From Octopus vulgaris (lineage: Eukaryota), in contig OX597831.1 in NCBI GenBank assembly GCA_951406725.2, positions 11,036,001 through 11,100,000 on the forward strand: a DNA stretch of 64,000 nucleotides, given 5' to 3'. Of this stretch, positions 58,637-64,000 are shown piece after piece. Both the position numbers and the translations under genes were made by a program. Every line of letters starts with the position of its first letter. Within the stretch, counting starts at the first letter, position 1. The notes under the pieces were generated by a model that had not been told where the DNA came from, ran no database searches, and saw only the letters and a list, made by a program, of their open reading frames with translations.

Positions 58637-60599
58637 AGCACAAACAAAAACACAAACCAAACTTCAGCAAAAAAGAATGGGCTGAGCTGAACAAATTAAA
58701 AGATGACAAAACAATAAGAACCAAAGGGGCTGATAAAGGGAGTGCAGTTATCTTAATGGACACGGTATTCTATATAACTCTAGTGCTATCCATATTGGAA
58801 GACATAACATATTTTGAAAAGGCCCAACACTACAGTCAGCTGAAAATAATGAGAGACCTAAAATACATGTTAAACCTATACAAAGAAGGGCTCACCGACA
58901 AAGAATATGACTATATGGCCAATTTCAAAAGTAAAACCAGCCAGTTCTACGGTATTCCCAAGATACACAAAAGTGAGAAAATAAGTAACGCATCAAAGAT
59001 AGCCACAGACATAATAATTAAAGTCCCTAATCCTAATGACCTCAAATTGAGACCTATAATAGCAGGTCCCGCATGCGAAACCCACCGCCTCAGTAACTTT
59101 TTAGATACCCTCTTAAAACCATTCCTCAAGCATGTCAAAAGCTATATAAGGGACGCCCTGGATATGCTCAATCACCTTCCTGAAACAATAAACAAAAGCA
59201 CCCTACTAGTGTCCTTCGATGTAGTCAACCTCTCTTCCAATATCCCCCACCACCTAAGAATAGAGGCAATTCAATTCTGGATAAGTAATTGCGCCAACGA
59301 ACTCTCACATTACATCAAAAAAAGAATTCGGGATAGAAGGGCTAAAATTCATCTTGGAGAATAACTACTTCGTCTGCAAAGACAACTTCTATCGACAAAA
59401 ATTGGGGACTACGATGAGTACGAGAATGGTCCCCTCCTTTGCTAACCTAGTCAAGGGATATCTAGAAATTAGTCTTTGTCGTAAGGTTCTAGAAAAATAC
59501 GGCAGCCCATTCTCCCTCTACATAGAAATTAACTGGAAGAGATACCTGGATGACTGTTTCATTCTTTGTCATGAAAATATAGAGAAACTTAAAGAATTCC
59601 AAGCACTTATAAATGGACTTGACGTAAACATTCAATTCCCTTCTTCGACATCCTCATTAAGAAATCTAACAACGTAATAGAAACAGATATATACTATAAG
59701 CCTACGGATTCCAAGCAATATCTACCGTTCAACTCATGCCACCCCAGACACACCAGAATGAATATCCCTTCAACCTAGCAAAAAGTGTACTATAGTTTCT
59801 AATGCAAACACCAGAGACACACGACTACGTGAACTAAAGGATACACTCATCATCAGGAACTACCCACCTTCACTTATTGACATTTGCTTTCAACGTGCCC
59901 TTCAACTCAACATTCACGAACTCAGACATCCCAAATTAAAGAAGGATTTACAACCAAAAGCCCTACCATACATCTCCACACACAACTCTCTTAACAATGA
60001 AACCTTCGACATCATTCTCCAAAACATACCCCTGTTAAAAAAGGACCACAGAATGAACTCAATCCTCCAAATACACACCATCATAAAAAGCAAGAGCCAG
60101 CCCAAATCTATGAAAAGTCTCCTAACACAGGTCCGAATACGCTCAACAACACAGAAGCCGTCTGTAAAAAAAATGCGGAAGACCCAACTGTTGGATATGC
60201 GTCAATTTAATTGAGTTATCAGAGTTCTTCAAACAGGGACAACGTTTCACAATGAAAAGAAGCTTCACATGTGCTTCGGAGAACCTGATAAAGGCACTAA
60301 CCTGCTCTGGATGTCAAGAGCAATACATAGGCCAAACAAAAAACAGTCTACATAAAAGGATAGTTCTGCACAGATCCCAGATCAAAATTCCCCAAAACAG
60401 AAAAATAGCATTCAGCCAACACATCGACATTTGCGCCAATAACAAAAATCCAAGCCTCAGAATTTTACCCCTCTACCAATTCAGGGACGATACAACCTAT
60501 AGCCGAAGAATTAGTAAAGAGATTCTCTTTATTACAAAATACAGACCCCTTTTGAACGCATCTACAACAAACAACATATCCACCACGGCCTTAGAATAA
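58637..60599 (+). pseudogene. Frameshifted Penelope-type reverse transcriptase plus GIY-YIG endonuclease
   Basis: KGADKG, FYGIPKIHK, LRPIIAG, SFDVVNL, WKRYLDDCF, YYKPTDSKQYLPFNSCHP, linker KKCGRPNCWIC and NLIKALTCSGCQEQYIGQT...PLLN, split over several frames. Confidence 0.95.
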
Positions 60600-61210
60600 C
60601 ACAAATACACGCGCAAATATTAAAAATGATATACTCAAGAGATTCCCAAGAATTCATTACAAAAACAGTCCCAATCACTGCTATAATCCATAACGAGCTA
60701 CTTTTAGGTTACTTGACCATTTAAAATCCTACAACTATCATACCAGCTGCATTCCCTTCTCATTCTCCCTTCCCTTTCTCGTTCTTCCTTTTCTTCTTCC
60801 TCTCCGCCACCTCCTTCCAAACTTTACCACTATTGCTGTTTAGAATAACACCTACGCAAATCTTATAAACAATACATTCAAAAGATATATCAAGAATTCA
60901 ATCACTACTACTATCCAAAACAAGTCACTTTCAGGGCACTTGACTATTTAACATCCTACTAGTATCATGGCACTCCCGCATTCCCCTCCTCCTCCTCCTC
61001 CTCCTCCCTCATCCACCTCCTCCTTCTTTTTCTTCTCCTTCTTCTTCCATGCCAAGAATTGACAACGACCTCGAACTCACATGAGTAAACAAGAGAGACA
61101 GAGACAGGCAGAAACAAGGAAAATGCCCCTTCTATTTGAATACTAAGCAAATATTCTTTTAAAAAACCTTTCTTATAAGTTTTCCAAAATTTAATTGTTT
61201 TCCATACTTA

Positions 61211-61246
61211 CAGTTGAAAAAGTCTCAATGACTGAAACCGGTACTG
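61211..61246 (+). ncRNA. Minimal hammerhead motif (U3:A8 variant) in the Penelope 3' pLTR
   Basis: CAG-TTGAAAA-AGTC-tcaat-GACT-GAAA-CCGG-TA-CTG: stem I CAG/CTG, stem II AGTC/GACT and palindromic ACCGGT. Confidence 0.75.
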
Positions 61247-61329
61247 AAATGTTTCTTATAAAATTATTTTAGCATTTTCTACCTCGACATTTCCCCATAT
61301 ATATCAACTCGTGTGTTCCTTTTCAACCT

Positions 61330-61386
<57 letters not shown>

Positions 61387-61510
61387 CACACACACACATA
61401 TACATATATTAGAAGGTTTGGAGATGATGTACAGGTATTATATATTAGAAATAAGGTACTCAGAAATCTGGATGGTTTTATATTTACAGATATTTATTAA
61501 TATGTCACAT

Positions 61511-61739
61511 ACTCTTTTACTCTTTACTCTTTTACTTGTTTCAGTCATTTTGACTGCGGCCATGCTGGAGCACCGCCTTTAGTCGTGCAACTCGACCCCA
61601 GGACTTATTCTTTGTAATCCCAGTACTTATTCAATCGGTCTCTTTTGCCGAACCACTAAGTGACGGGGACGTAAACACACCAGCATCGGTTGTCAAGCAA
61701 TGCTAAGGGAACAAACACAGACACACGAACACACACGAA

Positions 61740-61773
<34 letters not shown>

Positions 61774-61932
61774 TACGACAGGCTTCTTTCAGTTTCTGTC
61801 TACCAAATCCACTCACAAGGCATTGGTCGGCCCGGGGCTATAGCAGAAGACACTTGCCCAAGATGCCAAGCAGTGGGACTGAACCCGGAACCATGTGGTT
61901 GGTTAGCAAGCTACTTACCACACAGCCACTCC
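61511..61932 (-). mobile_element. SINE family A, full length
   Basis: (CTCTTTTA)n tail through to the head CCACACAGCCACTCC. Confidence 0.92.
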
Positions 61933-62028
61933 GTCTTTATAAATCATATATTAGCGCTTGCGTCCACTCAAGTGGCGTCTTCTGATTGAATTTTTTTTCA
62001 GGACTTTTGTTTCTTTTTATAGTATTAT

Positions 62029-62068
<40 letters not shown>

Positions 62069-62277
62069 ACAGGCGCAGGCCTGCGTGTGTCGCAAGTAGC
62101 TTGGTTACCATCCACATGGTTCCAGGTTCACTGCATGGAACCTTGGGCAAATGACTACTACTATAGCCTCGGGCGACGAAAATCCTGTTAGTGGATTTGG
62201 TTGACGAAAACTGAAAGAGGGAAGAAGCCGGTCGTATACAAATACATACATACATACATACATACATACACACATAC

Positions 62278-62351
<74 letters not shown>

Positions 62352-62359
62352 GTATATGC

Positions 62360-62391
<32 letters not shown>

Positions 62392-62395
<4 letters not shown>

Positions 62396-62575
62396 GTCAC
62401 CACCTTTAGTCCAACAAATCGAGCCCAGGACTTATTCTTTGTAAGTCTAGTACTTATTCTATCGGTCTCTTTTTGCCGAACCGCTAAGTTACGTGGACGT
62501 AAACACACCAACATCGGTTGTGTTGCAATGGTGGGGGGACAAACAGACACCATTATGCATACACACACAAGAACC

Positions 62576-62641
<66 letters not shown>

Positions 62642-63042
62642 TAAATAAATGGTACAACGAAGTACCGATATTTACTGGAAAATAGCGATCGTAATAAATA
62701 CGACGCTATTGTATAGCTTCACTGCGTATATACTAGCAAAGACGTGTGTGTGCAACAAACATGAAAAACATTTGTCTTACCTCTAGGAAGAACATCTGAA
62801 AAATGAAAAACCTAGAAACGGATAATGCAGGACCGGTTTCAGACTCTTCAAATACGGTTGACAACGTAGATTTGATTTGTCATCATCAGCTGCATATACC
62901 TAGACAAAATTTCAAATGTTGCCATATCTATGCCCGTACACTCGTCTGAACGCCAAAACGTTAACAGAACGAGAACAGTGAAGAAGTTTCAATGAAAATA
63001 GTAATGCAATACGAAAGTATATATATATAGCACCCCCCCCCC

Positions 63043-63109
<67 letters not shown>

Positions 63110-63285
63110 TTCTAGGTTTTTCATTTTTCAGATGTTCTTCCTAGAGGTAAGACAAATGTTTTTCATGTTTGTTGCACACACACGTCTTTGCTAGTATATA
63201 CGCAGTGAAGCTATACAATAGCGTCGTATTTATTACGATCGCTATTTTCCAGTAAATATCGGTACTTCGTTGTACCATTTATTTA

Positions 63286-63323
<38 letters not shown>

Positions 63324-63528
63324 GTGTGTGTGTGTGTGGGTGGGTGTGCTTGTGTGTGTATGCATAATGATGTCTGTTTGTCCCCCCACCATTACAACAC
63401 AACCGATGTTGGTGTGTTTACGTCCACGTAACTTAGCGGTTCGGCAAAAAGAGACCGATAGAATAAGTACTAGACTTACAAAGAATAAGTCCTGGGCTCG
63501 ATTTGTTGGACTAAAGGTGGTGACCTAT
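62392..63528. repeat. Near-perfect inverted duplication, ~430 bp arms, 278 bp spacer
   Basis: 62392-62824 is the reverse complement of 63103-63528, apart from a few substitutions and microsatellite length differences. Confidence 0.96.
62825..62895 (-). ncRNA. Type-I hammerhead ribozyme motif with canonical core and GUC site
   Basis: Minus strand ATGCAG-CTGATGA-TGAC...(TCAAA/TTTGA, TACG/CGTA)...GTCT-GAAA-CCGG-TC-CTGCAT: perfect 6 bp stem I and palindromic ACCGGT. Confidence 0.85.
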
Positions 63529-63926
63529 CATGGCCACAGTCAAATGACGAAACGAGTAAAAGAATTAAAAAAAATAAAAAAGAATACATATATATATATA
63601 TATGTTTGTATTATATATATATATATACAAACATATATATAAGATATAAATCTATATAAACACACGCATATATATATATATATATGCACATATACATATA
63701 TGGCTATGTAAGCTAATAATTGGTGCGCGCGTGTGAGGTGTATAAAAATAATGAACCAGACAAAATGTATTTTGTTTCGCCTAGAGGTATGGTAGTTTGT
63801 AATTTATAGAAGAGTGAAGGCCCATTATTTACAGAAATCACGACAGACAGACATAGAAAAGGGCACAAAGGTACCTATAAGATTAAATGAGTTTCTGTAT
63901 ATGTGTGTATATATATATATATATAA

Positions 63927-63974
<48 letters not shown>

Positions 63975-64000
63975 GCACTCTCATACATACGTGCGTATGT

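Larger units (their letters stand above)
58563..61298 (+). mobile_element. Penelope-like retroelement (Neptune-like), 5'-truncated, with inverted terminal pLTR segments
   Basis: 58563-58636 is the reverse complement of 61227-61298; both ends abut TA repeats; RT and GIY-YIG lie inside. Confidence 0.92.
62071..63563 (+). mobile_element. SINE family A split by an inserted element and an inverted duplication
   Basis: Head 62071-62238, complete tail 63320-63563 and an inverted partial tail at 62392-62590. Confidence 0.85.

Overview
This is repeat-saturated, AT-rich animal DNA. I infer an octopus or other coleoid cephalopod from the SINE families and the extreme (TA)n/(CA)n/(TACA)n/(AAT)n load; no database check was possible. 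No host protein-coding exon can be supported, and almost all supplied ORFs are microsatellite artefacts. Recognisable elements are at least four tRNA-headed SINE types, two decayed Penelope-like retroelements (RT plus GIY-YIG), R4/Dong, CR1-group and RTE LINE fragments, mariner and DD37D/maT relics, a non-autonomous Helitron, a MITE, an 11-12 bp minisatellite and a 1.9 kb (AAT/GAT) array. The main unexplained signal is ten minimal type-I hammerhead-ribozyme-like motifs in seven otherwise dissimilar families, mostly short elements embedded in (TA)n. These include (i) a tRNA-promoter SINE whose 3' half is a hammerhead, (ii) three families sharing the compensatory U3:A8 core, and (iii) inverted duplications or truncations whose breakpoints fall at the ribozyme. 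All motifs were read and folded by eye; self-cleavage is untested.
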